NCBI GenBank assembly: GCA_964600995.1 | Contig: CAZRLU010000001.1 | Span: 6,745-61,195 of the forward strand | Direction: 5' to 3' | Source of the DNA: an uncultured Oscillospiraceae bacterium | Lineage (GTDB): Bacteria > Bacillota > Clostridia > Christensenellales > Aristaeellaceae | DNA length: 54,451 nt | In this document: one piece after another, positions 18,708 through 29,623 of the stretch | Position numbering within the stretch: the first letter of the stretch is position 1 | Layout: every line of letters begins with the position of its first letter | The notes under the pieces: model-generated | What the model was told of the DNA's origin: nothing | The model's database searches: none | The model's input: only the letters and a program-made list of their open reading frames with translations | Translations under genes and position numbers: made by a program

Positions 18708-21700
18708 AAGCTTTCAGTCTGAGCAGAACCGGGATCCAGAAATCATGGATCGCTTTTTTCTGCCTGATCCTCAGCATGGCATGTTTCCTTTCCTGTGCCC
18801 GGTCTGAGAATCTTCTCAGCAATCCGGGATTTGAGGAACTGGACCGGGACGGGATGCCAGCGGGATGGTTTACGGATGCCTATAATCAGGAGGAAGGCTA
18901 TACTCTTTTTACGGTTTCCGAAGAGGATGCCACGGAAGGAGAAAGGGCTGCATGTATCCGTAATTTCGGAGAAAACGATGCGCGGTTTTCCCAGCGCGTC
19001 CGGGTTGAACCGGAGAGCCTTTATCGGCTGAGCGGATACATCCGGACGGAACAGGTGGAAGGCGGAAAGGGAGCCAACTTTTCCGTGGAGGGGCTCTATA
19101 CCTTCAGCACATGCATCTATGATACCTCGGAAGGCTGGCAGTTCATCACCTGGTACGGAGAAACCGGTCCGGACCAGACCACTGTCACCATCTTTGCGCG
19201 TCTGGGAGGTTACAGCGGCGAAAGCAAGGGAAAAGCCTGGTTCGATGATCTGTCGCTGGAAAAGGTGGAAGCGATTCCGGGAGACGGCATTGCTTCCCGC
19301 TGGTATGATGCCCGGAATATCAGTTATTTCGACGAGGATGAAAGCCCGGAGGAGGAAAACAGTCAGCCTGCCTGGACCATGCTGACGATGGGGGCGCTTT
19401 GCTATGCTCTTGCTGCAGCGCTGCTGCTTCAATGGGTACGCAGGAAGCCTGAAAAAAAGCTGACCGCAGGACGCAGCCATCTCTGCCTTATCGTTGGCCT
19501 TTTGCTGGCCTTTCTGGCCCGCGCAGCGCTGAGCTTCTGCGTGGAAGGCTATATGGTGGATGTGAACTGTTTCACATCCTGGGGAGCAACGATGGCCAAA
19601 TACGGGCCGATTGGTTTTTATCCCCAGACAAATTTCTGTGATTATCCGCCGGCCTATACTTACATCCTGGGGCTGAATTCCATAATCTGCGGCCTTTTTC
19701 CGGCCGCAGGTCCTGGCTTTTCCCGCTTCATTTTCCGTCTTTTCCCCTCCCTGTGCGATATCTTCAGCTGTATCGTTCTTGACCGTTTTATCCGGAAGCG
19801 TGATCAGAATATCCCGGAGGCAGAGGAAACCCTTTCTCTTCTTCTGCTTGCCTTCCACCCCGTGTCAATTCTGAATTCCGCGGCCTGGGGCCAGATGGAC
19901 AGCGTGCTTTCCTTTCTCCTGCTGCTGGTGGCCCTGTGGGTTGCGGAAGGAAAATGGCAATACGCCCTGCCCGTCTATACCCTTTCCGTTCTGGTAAAGC
20001 CGCAGGCGCTGATGCTTGGCTTTCTGGGACTGGCATCAGCGGTTCATGTCTGGATCCGGGAGAAGGATGCGCGCAGAAAACTGATCCGTGGGGCAATCGC
20101 TTCCGCGGTGGTTATTCTGGTGATCGTTGTTCCCTTCAGCCTCCGGCAGAATCCATTCTGGATCATCGATCAGTATGCCGGTACTTTGGGCTCCTATCCT
20201 TACGCAACGGTCAACACAGCAAATTATTACTATCTGTGCGGCGGAAACTGGAGCGGAATCCAGAATGAGGCCCCCCTGGCCTGTTCCCTGGGACTCCTGA
20301 TATTTACGGCGGCCTATGCGGTTTTTACCTGGTTCAGGGGGAGGGGACTCAGTAAGTGGAATCGGGTTGAAACCGGTATTTCCTGCGCGTTTACAGCCTG
20401 GTTCCTCTTCTGTGCGTTCACCCAAAGTTCATGGCAGCGGATTGGAATCGGTGCCATGGCTTTTGCCTTCCTGATTGTGCTGAGCTGCTGCCTTCGGAGG
20501 GGAAATCCCGCTTTCCTCCCTTATCTGGGTGGACTGTTGTTTGTGCTTCTGTATGTCTTTGGAATCAAGATGCACGAACGTTATATTTTTCCGGCTTTCC
20601 TGTTCTTTGCGGCAGCCTTTGCCATTCACCGGGACCGGCGTATTCTGCTGCCTTTCCTGGCTGTTACCTGCACGACATTCATCAACGAGGGCATCGTTCT
20701 GGATAACAGCATCCGCCTTGGATCCTCCATGGGACATCTGAATGCAGATACTCAGGTTCTTGCCATGATTCTTGCGGCGGTCAACTGCTGGGCGGCGGTT
20801 TATGCCACCTGGCTGGGGGTGGAACTCTCCCATGGCAGAGAACGGCATAGGATTCAGAAGCGGGTAGCCAGGGATTCGGAGAAGGACAATCGCCTGCAGT
20901 GGAGAAAAAAAGATACGGGGATGCTTTGCCTGATTCTGGCAGTATATTCCCTGGTTGCCTTCAGTACGCTGGGCAGCCGTAGAGCACCGCAGTCCGCCTG
21001 GACCTCATCGGACTATGATGAAAACGTGATTCTGGATCTGGGCGAACAGCAGGAAAACTTTGCGGTACTCTATTTTTCACGGGTCAGCAGATATGATTTC
21101 AGCGTAGCTTCCAGTACGGATGGGAAGAACTGGGAGGACGAGACCTGGGCGCAGATGGACCAGGGCCAGTGCTGGAAATGGAAATATGTCACTGAGTCCA
21201 CGCAGAACGAAAACGGGACCAGAACCTACGGAGCCGGACGTCACTGGTTTTCCGGCCGGTATCTGCGGATCACATCCCATCAGGTGAATTTGTCCCTGTG
21301 CGAGGTGATTGTACGGAATGCGTCCGGGGAACGGATTCCCATCGTCTCCGTGACCCGGGTGAACGGGGATCCGGAGTCCTCGGTCTATTCGGATCCCGCA
21401 AGGATCTGCGACGAGCAGGACACCCTGGAAGGGCTTCCGCTTTATTTTCCGGCTGGGGATCCTGAAACGGAGGGGGAAGAAAGTCCGAAGATCCCGCAGC
21501 CGTCCTGGTGGAACTCAACCTATTTCGATGAAATTTATCATGCGCGTACGGCCTGGGAATTCCTGAACGGATCGGCCCCCTATGAAACAAGTCATCCTCC
21601 ACTGGGGAAAGTTCTGATGAGCTGGGGCATCGCAATCTTCGGCATGACCCCCTTCGGCTGGAGATTTGCAGGAGCATTTGCCGGCGTTCTGATGCTGGCG

Positions 21701-22840
21701 GCCATCTATCTGATCGCCAAGCAGCTTACAAAGTCCACCGCGCTTGCTTCCTTTGCCTGCTGCCTGCTTTCTCTGGATTCCATGCATCTGACCCAGACCC
21801 AGATCGCGACGATCGACAGCTTTCCCGTGCTCTTCATTCTGCTCGCCTATTTTTTCATGCTGCGCTTTATCCAAACGGACTGGAGAAAGGAAAACATATC
21901 CCGGATTCTGACAGACCTGGGCTTTTGCGGGCTGAACATGGGTTTCTCCATCGCCAGCAAATGGATCGGAATCTATGCCGGAGCGGGGCTTGCGGTCCTC
22001 TTTTTCTGGCATGGGATCCGCGTGATGCGCCTTCATCGGATTCAATTTGCGGAAACAGCTGCACAGCAGCTTTCCGGCGTACCGGATTTCCCCTCAGAAC
22101 CCATCAGGCCTCTGGGAAGATTCCTGGAGATCTGTGCCTGGTGCATCCCGTTTTTCATCCTTCTGCCTGTCGGCATTTATCTGCTGAGCTATCTGCCGTA
22201 TTTTGCCTACAAGCATCTGAGTTCCGTTCCGGAATATTTCGAAGCGGTGATTTCCAGCCAGATCGGGATGTTCAATTATCATTCCACGCCAGGCCTTGGA
22301 ATGGATCATCCCTTCTATTCCCCCTGGTATGAATGGCCTGTGATCGGGAAGCCGATGTATTATGCCAATAAGCAGTATGTATTTGACAGCGGGCTTTCCT
22401 TCAGCATTTTTGCCTTCGGTAACCCGCTGATCTGGTGGTTGGGCATACCGGCTATGTGCTGCTCGGTCTGGCTGTGGCTGAGAAACCGGGAGGAGCATCT
22501 GCCCGGATACGGCTGTGACCTGGAACACCTTGCAACGCTGGACACACATCTGTTTTTCCTGCTGATTGGCTTCCTGGCGCAGTATCTTCCCTGGACGCTT
22601 GTTCCCCGGGGAACGTATATTTATCATTATTTTGCCAGCGTTCCTTTCCTGATCGTTTCCATGACGCTGCTGGCGGAGCAGCTCCTGCTTTACAGAAATA
22701 AGGCTGCGTATCTCTGCCTGGCCGGATTTATCCTGGCTGCTTTCTGCTTCTTTATCCTGCTCTTTCCCTACGCAAGCGGGATCTTTGCGCCCGTGGCATG
22801 GCTGGAAGCGGGGAAGTCACTCCTGCACATCTGGTACTGA
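18704..22840 (+). CDS. Large membrane glycosyltransferase: CBM-like domain, GT-C module, beta-sandwich domain and PMT-like (protein O-mannosyltransferase) module
   Basis: Signal peptide then NLLSNPGFE (CBM4/9-like). GT-C 1: DYPP, WGQMDS, KPQ, MHERY. PMT: YFDEIYH, HPPLGK, PFGWR, SKW, HPFYSPWYEWP, GNPLIWW, YIYHY. Confidence 0.8.
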   Translation: MKAFSLSRTGIQKSWIAFFCLILSMACFLSCARSENLLSNPGFEELDRDGMPAGWFTDAYNQEEGYTLFTVSEEDATEGERAACIRNFGENDARFSQRVRVEPESLYRLSGYIRTEQVEGGKGANFSVEGLYTFSTCIYDTSEGWQFITWYGETGPDQTTVTIFARLGGYSGESKGKAWFDDLSLEKVEAIPGDGIASRWYDARNISYFDEDESPEEENSQPAWTMLTMGALCYALAAALLLQWVRRKPEKKLTAGRSHLCLIVGLLLAFLARAALSFCVEGYMVDVNCFTSWGATMAKYGPIGFYPQTNFCDYPPAYTYILGLNSIICGLFPAAGPGFSRFIFRLFPSLCDIFSCIVLDRFIRKRDQNIPEAEETLSLLLLAFHPVSILNSAAWGQMDSVLSFLLLLVALWVAEGKWQYALPVYTLSVLVKPQALMLGFLGLASAVHVWIREKDARRKLIRGAIASAVVILVIVVPFSLRQNPFWIIDQYAGTLGSYPYATVNTANYYYLCGGNWSGIQNEAPLACSLGLLIFTAAYAVFTWFRGRGLSKWNRVETGISCAFTAWFLFCAFTQSSWQRIGIGAMAFAFLIVLSCCLRRGNPAFLPYLGGLLFVLLYVFGIKMHERYIFPAFLFFAAAFAIHRDRRILLPFLAVTCTTFINEGIVLDNSIRLGSSMGHLNADTQVLAMILAAVNCWAAVYATWLGVELSHGRERHRIQKRVARDSEKDNRLQWRKKDTGMLCLILAVYSLVAFSTLGSRRAPQSAWTSSDYDENVILDLGEQQENFAVLYFSRVSRYDFSVASSTDGKNWEDETWAQMDQGQCWKWKYVTESTQNENGTRTYGAGRHWFSGRYLRITSHQVNLSLCEVIVRNASGERIPIVSVTRVNGDPESSVYSDPARICDEQDTLEGLPLYFPAGDPETEGEESPKIPQPSWWNSTYFDEIYHARTAWEFLNGSAPYETSHPPLGKVLMSWGIAIFGMTPFGWRFAGAFAGVLMLAAIYLIAKQLTKSTALASFACCLLSLDSMHLTQTQIATIDSFPVLFILLAYFFMLRFIQTDWRKENISRILTDLGFCGLNMGFSIASKWIGIYAGAGLAVLFFWHGIRVMRLHRIQFAETAAQQLSGVPDFPSEPIRPLGRFLEICAWCIPFFILLPVGIYLLSYLPYFAYKHLSSVPEYFEAVISSQIGMFNYHSTPGLGMDHPFYSPWYEWPVIGKPMYYANKQYVFDSGLSFSIFAFGNPLIWWLGIPAMCCSVWLWLRNREEHLPGYGCDLEHLATLDTHLFFLLIGFLAQYLPWTLVPRGTYIYHYFASVPFLIVSMTLLAEQLLLYRNKAAYLCLAGFILAAFCFFILLFPYASGIFAPVAWLEAGKSLLHIWY

Positions 22841-22861
22841 TACAGACAGAAGGAGCTTCAT

Positions 22862-24412
22862 ATGAACGATCGGATTTCACAGGTGCTGAGCTTCGGCGTT
22901 TCCGGGGTGGATGGATTTCCTGTTCAGGTGGAGGTGTTTTCTGCAGGGGGGCTGCCGGGGATGGACATCATCGGCTTGCCGGACGCATCGGTCCGGGAAA
23001 GCAGGGAACGGGTAAACGCTGCGATTATCAACAGCGGGAAGGATATGCCGCCCAAAAGAACCACGGTCAATCTTGCTCCGGCGGACATCAGAAAAGAGGG
23101 TCCATCCTTTGATCTGCCGATCGCCATCGGGTTGCTGATCGCCAACCACGAAATCAGACTTCGGTCCGGATTGGACCTCAGCCGTATCGTGATCTTCGGA
23201 GAACTGAGCCTGGATGGCCGGGTTCAACCTGTTCACGGGGCTCTGGCCATCGTGATTTCAGCCAGCAAAATGGGGATCCGGGATATTCTTCTCCCTGCAG
23301 GGAACGCCATGGAGGTTGCCTGTGTGCAGGGAATGAATATTTATCCGGTATCCACCCTTGCAGAAGCGATCGGTCACCTGGAGGGAAACCGGCAGATTTC
23401 TCCGCAGCAGCAGGTTTCCTATGAAGAGTTGCTGAAAAACCGGAGTATTGAAATCAATCTGAGTCAGGTAAAAGGTCAGCAGGGGGCCCGCAGAGCGCTG
23501 GAGGTTGCCGCTGCAGGCGGTCATAATCTTCTCATGATCGGCGCTCCGGGAAGCGGAAAAACCATGCTGGCAAGATGTCTGCCCGGGATTCTTCCGCCCC
23601 TGAGCTTCCAGGAATCCCTGGAAACGACCCGTATTTTTTCCATCGCCGGAAAGCTGGAGCCGGGGGCCGGCCTGATGGTGGAAAGGCCCTTCTGCGCACC
23701 TCACCACAGCGCATCCGTCGCTTCTCTTGTAGGAGGCGGTTCCGGAGCAAGTCCCGGAGAGGTTTCCCTGGCGCATAATGGCGTTCTGTTTCTGGATGAA
23801 CTTCCGGAATTCAGCAGAACAGCGCTGGAAGCACTGAGGCAGCCTCTGGAGGACGGAATGGTTACCATTACGCGCGTGCGTCAGAAAAAGAAGTATCAGT
23901 CCTCCTTCATGCTTGTGGCGAGTATGAACCCATGCCCCTGCGGCTATTACGGAAGTTCTCAGCGGGAATGCAGATGTTCGCCCCAGCAGATCCGACATTA
24001 TCTGGACCAAGTATCAGGGCCTCTTCTGGACAGAATTGATATGCAGATTGAGGTGGATTCCGTGCCTGTTTCGGAAATCCGGAACGAGAAGCCGGCTGAA
24101 TCCTCTGAGACGGTCGGCGCCAGGGTTCTTCAGGCCAGGCTACTCCAGCTGGACCGCTACGCGGGAACCGGTTTTCATTGCAACGCCCAGCTGGATAATG
24201 CGGGGATTCAAAAGTACTGCGGGCTTTCAGATGCAGCGGAGAATCTGCTCCATGCTGCCGTCAAACGCATGAAACTGAGCATGCGGGCATATCATCGCGT
24301 GATCAAGGTGGCAAGGACGGTGGCGGATCTTCGGGAGAGCGAAACCATCGGGCCTGAAGACGTTGCGGAGGCAATCCAGTTCCGGGAACTGGACGGAAAA
24401 TACTGGGGCTGA
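22862..24412 (+). CDS. comM: YifB/ComM family Mg-chelatase-like AAA+ ATPase
   Basis: IGLPDASVRESRERV, GAPGSGKT, SLAHNGVLFLDELPEF, NPCPCG, SGPLLDRID. Confidence 0.93.
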   Translation: MNDRISQVLSFGVSGVDGFPVQVEVFSAGGLPGMDIIGLPDASVRESRERVNAAIINSGKDMPPKRTTVNLAPADIRKEGPSFDLPIAIGLLIANHEIRLRSGLDLSRIVIFGELSLDGRVQPVHGALAIVISASKMGIRDILLPAGNAMEVACVQGMNIYPVSTLAEAIGHLEGNRQISPQQQVSYEELLKNRSIEINLSQVKGQQGARRALEVAAAGGHNLLMIGAPGSGKTMLARCLPGILPPLSFQESLETTRIFSIAGKLEPGAGLMVERPFCAPHHSASVASLVGGGSGASPGEVSLAHNGVLFLDELPEFSRTALEALRQPLEDGMVTITRVRQKKKYQSSFMLVASMNPCPCGYYGSSQRECRCSPQQIRHYLDQVSGPLLDRIDMQIEVDSVPVSEIRNEKPAESSETVGARVLQARLLQLDRYAGTGFHCNAQLDNAGIQKYCGLSDAAENLLHAAVKRMKLSMRAYHRVIKVARTVADLRESETIGPEDVAEAIQFRELDGKYWG

Positions 24413-24471
24413 CAGGAAAGACCGGAAGGGGCTGCACAGGCCTGAAGAAGCGCTTGAAGGGAGTGGCATGA

Positions 24472-25590
24472 GTGGAATTTACAAGGGAGATCTGCCTGAC
24501 CTGGATTGCCAGCGCCGGATTGAATCCGGAAATCATCAGCCGCCTGCTGCGGTCGGGAATCAGCCCGGAATCGCTTTATGCCGGTTTTTGGAAAAACGGT
24601 TGTTTCCCGCTGGAGGATGTAATAATTCAAAAGAACCTGGCTGCAGTGCTGAAAAAAAACGGGACCGTGGAGGCCATGCAAATCTGGGCGGAAAAGCTGT
24701 CCCGGCATCGGATCAGGGTAACGACTTCGCAGGATGAGAATTTTCCGGTGCGGCTTCAGGGAATCCCTGATCCTCCTGAAATTCTTTTTTATCAGGGAAA
24801 TCTTTCCGCACTGAACAGGAACATAGTGGCAGTGGTCGGCAGCCGGAATGCTTCCCGGAAAGGAATGGAGGCCACCCTGCATATTACGGAGGAACTCAGC
24901 AGAAACGGCGTCGGGATCGTCAGCGGGCTGGCCTATGGAATTGATACAGCAGCGCATCAGGGATGCCTTCGGGGCTCAAGTCCGACAATTGCTGTCATGG
25001 GCTGTGGACTGGATATGGATTATCCGGCGGAGAACGCAGGGCTGAAACAGGAGATTCTCCGGAAAGACGGACTGATCCTGAGCGAATATGTGCCCGGAGA
25101 GAAACCTCTCGGATGGCATTTCCCCTGGAGAAACAGGATTATCAGCGCTTTGGGGGATTGCCTGACCGTAATGGAAGCCAGAATCCGCAGCGGATCCATG
25201 ACTTCGGTTCATCATGCGCTGGATCAGGGAAAGGATGTTTTTGTTTACCCGGGCGAACCGGGAAGCCCCCGGTCCGAGGGGAATCATCAGCTGCTCCGGG
25301 AAGGAGCGATCTACTTTACCTGCGCAGAGGATTTGCTGGAGGATATGGGCTGGCTTGACAAGACCGCGGATGTAGGGCAAAATATGCAGCACAGCAGCGA
25401 GGATATGCAGCTCAGTCCGATGGAGCAAAAGCTTCTGCAGGAGCTGGACGGAGGAGAACTGAGCTTTGAACAGCTGCTGGAGAAAATGGATGTCTCCGCA
25501 TCCCTCCTGAACGCAACAATTTCCATGTTGCAGATCCAGGGCCTGATTACAGCCCTGCCGGGAAAACGGTATGAAAGAAAAGCACAATAA
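24472..25590 (+). CDS. dprA: DNA-processing protein DprA
   Basis: VAVVGSR, VSGLAYGID, FPWRNRIIS, C-terminal winged helix. Confidence 0.95.
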   Translation: MEFTREICLTWIASAGLNPEIISRLLRSGISPESLYAGFWKNGCFPLEDVIIQKNLAAVLKKNGTVEAMQIWAEKLSRHRIRVTTSQDENFPVRLQGIPDPPEILFYQGNLSALNRNIVAVVGSRNASRKGMEATLHITEELSRNGVGIVSGLAYGIDTAAHQGCLRGSSPTIAVMGCGLDMDYPAENAGLKQEILRKDGLILSEYVPGEKPLGWHFPWRNRIISALGDCLTVMEARIRSGSMTSVHHALDQGKDVFVYPGEPGSPRSEGNHQLLREGAIYFTCAEDLLEDMGWLDKTADVGQNMQHSSEDMQLSPMEQKLLQELDGGELSFEQLLEKMDVSASLLNATISMLQIQGLITALPGKRYERKAQ

Positions 25591-25613
25591 CAGAAGGAAG
25601 AAGTGAAACCGCA

Positions 25614-27746
25614 ATGGCGACGGAAGTGAAAAAGAAGCTGGTAATCGTTGAATCACCTGCAAAAGCAAAGGCGATCAGCCGTTATCTCGGGAAGAGCTAT
25701 AAAGTGGAAGCTTCTCAGGGTCATGTCTGCGACCTGCCCAAATCCCAGCTGGGGGTGGACCCGGACAATCATTTTGAGATGAAATATATCACGATTCGAG
25801 GCAGAGGCGATATTCTGAGCCGCATCAGAAAGGAAGCAAAAAACGCCAAAGAGATTTACTTCGCGACAGACCCGGACCGTGAAGGGGAAGCGATCAGCTG
25901 GCATCTGTTTCAGGTCCTTGGTGTGGACACGCAGAAGCCCTGCAGAATCGAATTTCATGAAGTGACAAAAAAAGCGGTCCAGAATGCGTTGAAGCACCCC
26001 CGCACGCTGGATATGGGACGGGTGGATGCACAGCAGGCCAGGCGGGCAATGGACAGGCTTGTAGGCTATAAAATCAGCCCCATTCTCTGGACAAAGATTA
26101 AAAAGGGCCTTTCAGCAGGGCGCGTGCAGAGCGTCGCGGCCAGGCTGGTGGTCGACCGTGAAAGAGAAATCGGAGAGTTTATTCCGGAAGAATACTGGGA
26201 TGTGAACGTCCGGTGCTCCGGCAGGATGGAGAAAAGGGACTTTTCCCTGGATACCCACCTGGTATCCCTGCACGGGCAGAAGGTGAAAATATCAAATGAA
26301 TCAGAGGCCAGGGCCGCGGAGAAGGAGATCAGCGGGGCCGCTCTGCAAATCCAGGATGTCCGCAGCAAGGAAAAGAAGAGGATGCCTGCGCCTCCGTTCA
26401 CAACCTCAAGCCTTCAGCAGGAAGCCAGCCGGAAGCTTTCCTTCACCACATCCCGAACCATGCAGATTGTGCAGCAGCTCTATGAGGGAATTGATATCGA
26501 AGGCGAGGGAACCCAGGGCCTTGTTACCTATATCCGTACGGATTCCGTGCGGATCAGCGAGGAAGCGCTGGAGAGCCTGAGAGCCTGGATTCCGCAGAAG
26601 TACGGTCCTGATTATCTTCCGGAAACACCCTTCAGTTACAAGGGGCGTCAGAATGCACAGGATGCGCATGAAGCCATTCGCCCTACGGATGTGCAGCGCT
26701 CGCCTGAGTCGGTGAAGGCATCCCTTACCAGGGATCAGTTCCTGCTTTATCGGCTGATCTACAATCGCTTTGTGGCAAGCCAGATGGCGCCCGCGGAATA
26801 TATGACCATGACGGTGGAAATCGGCGACGGCAATGTCGGTCTGCGCTATTACGGGGAACAGAAAACGTTTCCCGGATTTACCTGCCTCTATGAGGAGGGA
26901 ACGGACGAAGATACGGTACAGAAAAGCGAAGGGGCTCTGCCGAACCTGAAGAAGGACATTCCGGTTCTGGTTGAAAAGATTGAACCGCAGCAGCATTTCA
27001 CCCAGCCGCCGAGCAGGTATACGGAGGCCAGCCTTGTGAAAACCCTGGAGGAAAAAGGCATCGGAAGGCCTTCCACCTATGCGCCTACCATTTCAACCAT
27101 TATCTCCAGAGGATATGTTACGCGGGAAAAGAAAAAAATCTATCCGACAGAGCTGGGCATGATGGTTACGGATCTGATGCAGAATTATTTTCAGGACATT
27201 GTGGATCCGGAGTTCACCGCGGCAATGGAGACACAGCTGGATGAAGTGGAAGCCGGAAAACTTCCCTGGAAACAGGTGCTGGAAGATTTCTATCCCGAGT
27301 TCGAAAAAGAGCTGAAAGTCGCTGAGAAAGAGATAGAAAAAATTGAAGTCAAGAATGAAGTCAGCGATGTGGTTTGCGATCAGTGCGGCGCGCTGATGGT
27401 TTACAAAATGGGAAAGTACGGTAAATTCCTGGCCTGTCCGAACTTTCCGGAATGCAGAAATACAAAGCCTGTTCTGAATTATATTGAGACGCCCTGCCCC
27501 AAATGCGGGAAAAGGCTGCTGGAAAAAGTCAGCAAAAAGAATCGCAGATTTTATGGATGCGAAGGCTATCCGGAATGCGATTTTGTCAGCTGGGACAAAC
27601 CTGCTTCAAAAAAATGTCCTCAATGCGGAAGCTATATGATTGAAAAACGGAACAGCCGCTCCGGGCTGACTTATCTGTGCGCCAATGAAACCTGCAGATA
27701 CCGGGAAGCCGCCGGAACGGATTCGAGTGAGGATGAAAATGAATAA
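25614..27746 (+). CDS. topA: DNA topoisomerase I
   Basis: [24 protein letters not shown], catalytic TYIRTD, three C-terminal zinc ribbons. Confidence 0.98.
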   Translation: MATEVKKKLVIVESPAKAKAISRYLGKSYKVEASQGHVCDLPKSQLGVDPDNHFEMKYITIRGRGDILSRIRKEAKNAKEIYFATDPDREGEAISWHLFQVLGVDTQKPCRIEFHEVTKKAVQNALKHPRTLDMGRVDAQQARRAMDRLVGYKISPILWTKIKKGLSAGRVQSVAARLVVDREREIGEFIPEEYWDVNVRCSGRMEKRDFSLDTHLVSLHGQKVKISNESEARAAEKEISGAALQIQDVRSKEKKRMPAPPFTTSSLQQEASRKLSFTTSRTMQIVQQLYEGIDIEGEGTQGLVTYIRTDSVRISEEALESLRAWIPQKYGPDYLPETPFSYKGRQNAQDAHEAIRPTDVQRSPESVKASLTRDQFLLYRLIYNRFVASQMAPAEYMTMTVEIGDGNVGLRYYGEQKTFPGFTCLYEEGTDEDTVQKSEGALPNLKKDIPVLVEKIEPQQHFTQPPSRYTEASLVKTLEEKGIGRPSTYAPTISTIISRGYVTREKKKIYPTELGMMVTDLMQNYFQDIVDPEFTAAMETQLDEVEAGKLPWKQVLEDFYPEFEKELKVAEKEIEKIEVKNEVSDVVCDQCGALMVYKMGKYGKFLACPNFPECRNTKPVLNYIETPCPKCGKRLLEKVSKKNRRFYGCEGYPECDFVSWDKPASKKCPQCGSYMIEKRNSRSGLTYLCANETCRYREAAGTDSSEDENE

Positions 27747-29076
27747 GGTTCAGGTCATCGGCGCCGGGCTGGCAGGATGTGAAGCCGCATGGCAGCTCGC
27801 TCAAAGAGGAATTCCTGTTGTTTTGTATGAGATGAAGCCCAAAGCTTTTTCACCTGCGCATCACAGCGAAGGCTTCGCGGAGCTTGTCTGCTCAAACAGC
27901 TTCCGGAGCGCCAGACTGAGCAACGCGGTGGGGCTTCTGAAGGAGGAAATGAGAAGATTCCGGTCCCTGATCATGATGTGTGCGGACCGGAATCAGGTCC
28001 CGGCCGGAGGAGCCCTTGCAGTGGACCGGGACGGCTTCTCCCGGGATGTGACGGAAACCATTCAGCGGCATCCGCTGATTGAGGTGAACCGTATGGAGGT
28101 GACGGAGATCCCGGAAACGCCTGCGATCATTGCCTCAGGGCCTCTTACCAGCGAGAGGCTGGCCCGGGCAATCCGGAATCTTCCGGGGCTGAGCACCCTG
28201 AATTTTTATGATGCAGTGGCTCCAGTTGTCACAAAGGATTCCCTGGACATGACGAAGATATTCCGGATGAGCAGATACGGCCGCGGCGACGATTATCTGA
28301 ACTGCCCGATGAGCAGGGAGGAGTACGACAGCTTCATTGACGCGCTGATCGGGGCTGAAACAGCCGAAATTCATGGCTTTGAAGAACGAAGCGTGTTCGA
28401 AGGCTGCATGCCGATAGAAAGTATGGCCAGGAGAGGTCGGATGGTACCTGCCTTTGGTCCGATGAAGCCGGTCGGCCTGGACAGAGAAGGAGAACGTCCC
28501 CCCTTCGCGGTGGTTCAGCTTCGGCAGGATGATGCGGCGGATACCCTTTACAATATCGTCGGCTTTCAGACCCGTCTCAGGTTTCCGGAACAGCAGCGGG
28601 TTTTCAGGATGATTCCGGGTCTGGAGCATGCTGAATTTGCCCGGTATGGCGTGATGCACAGGAACACCTTTCTGCACAGCCCGGGTTTTTTGAATCAGGA
28701 TTTTGAAATGATTTCCAGACCCGGCCTCTATTTTGCGGGGCAGATTACCGGGGTGGAAGGCTACGTTGAAAGCGCTGCAAGCGGACTTGTGGCCGGGGTT
28801 TCATTGGCCAGGAAAATGCGGGAACTGCCTTCCATGGAGTTTCCGGGATTCACTGCACTGGGCGCCATGGGGAAATATATTTCGGCCTCGAACAGGCATT
28901 TTCAGCCCATGAACTGTACTTTCGGGATCATGGAGCCGCTGCCGGTTATTCCGGGAAAGAAAAGAATCAGAAACAAAACGGAGCGATACGAGGCAGTTGC
29001 CTCCAGAGCGCTGCAATTCTGGGAAGAGCATGAGAAAGAAATCGGGGAGGGGATCACGGATGGGGAGCTCCTTTAA
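27739..29076 (+). CDS. trmFO: Folate/FAD-dependent tRNA (uracil-54) methyltransferase
   Basis: [41 protein letters not shown]. Confidence 0.96.
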   Translation: MNKVQVIGAGLAGCEAAWQLAQRGIPVVLYEMKPKAFSPAHHSEGFAELVCSNSFRSARLSNAVGLLKEEMRRFRSLIMMCADRNQVPAGGALAVDRDGFSRDVTETIQRHPLIEVNRMEVTEIPETPAIIASGPLTSERLARAIRNLPGLSTLNFYDAVAPVVTKDSLDMTKIFRMSRYGRGDDYLNCPMSREEYDSFIDALIGAETAEIHGFEERSVFEGCMPIESMARRGRMVPAFGPMKPVGLDREGERPPFAVVQLRQDDAADTLYNIVGFQTRLRFPEQQRVFRMIPGLEHAEFARYGVMHRNTFLHSPGFLNQDFEMISRPGLYFAGQITGVEGYVESAASGLVAGVSLARKMRELPSMEFPGFTALGAMGKYISASNRHFQPMNCTFGIMEPLPVIPGKKRIRNKTERYEAVASRALQFWEEHEKEIGEGITDGELL

Positions 29077-29599
29077 GGGAACAACAATCTGTGCGGTCAG
29101 AAAAGGCGATCACATCGCGATTGCCGGCGACGGGCAGGTTACCATGGGGGAAACCACCATTTTCAAGAGCACAGCTGTAAAGATTCGCAGGCTCTATCAC
29201 GGAAAGGTTGTTGCGGGTTTTGCGGGCAGCGTCGTGGACGCCTTCATTCTGTGCGAGAAGTTTGAGGAAAAGCTTGAACAGAGCGGCGGAAACCTTGAAA
29301 AGGCGGCCGTTGCACTGGCTCAGACCTGGCGGAAGGATCAGAGTATGCGTCAGCTGGAATCCATGCTGATTGTGGCGAATCAGGAGCGCCTTCTTGTGCT
29401 GAGCGGGACCGGCGAAGTGCTGGAGCCGGACGAGGGGATCGCCGCGATCGGCTCCGGCGGCAACTATGCGCTGGCCGCAGCGAAAGCCCTTGTGCAGAAT
29501 ACGGATCTTTCTGCCCATGAGATTGCAGAGAAGGCATTGAAAATCGCTTCGGAGATTTGTGTATATACAAATGATCATATTCTTGTGGAAGATGTTTGA
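29060..29599 (+). CDS. hslV: ATP-dependent protease subunit HslV (ClpQ)
   Basis: [34 protein letters not shown]. Confidence 0.96.
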   Translation: MGSSFKGTTICAVRKGDHIAIAGDGQVTMGETTIFKSTAVKIRRLYHGKVVAGFAGSVVDAFILCEKFEEKLEQSGGNLEKAAVALAQTWRKDQSMRQLESMLIVANQERLLVLSGTGEVLEPDEGIAAIGSGGNYALAAAKALVQNTDLSAHEIAEKALKIASEICVYTNDHILVEDV

Positions 29600-29623
29600 C
29601 GCGGAAGGGAAGGATATCCGAAG

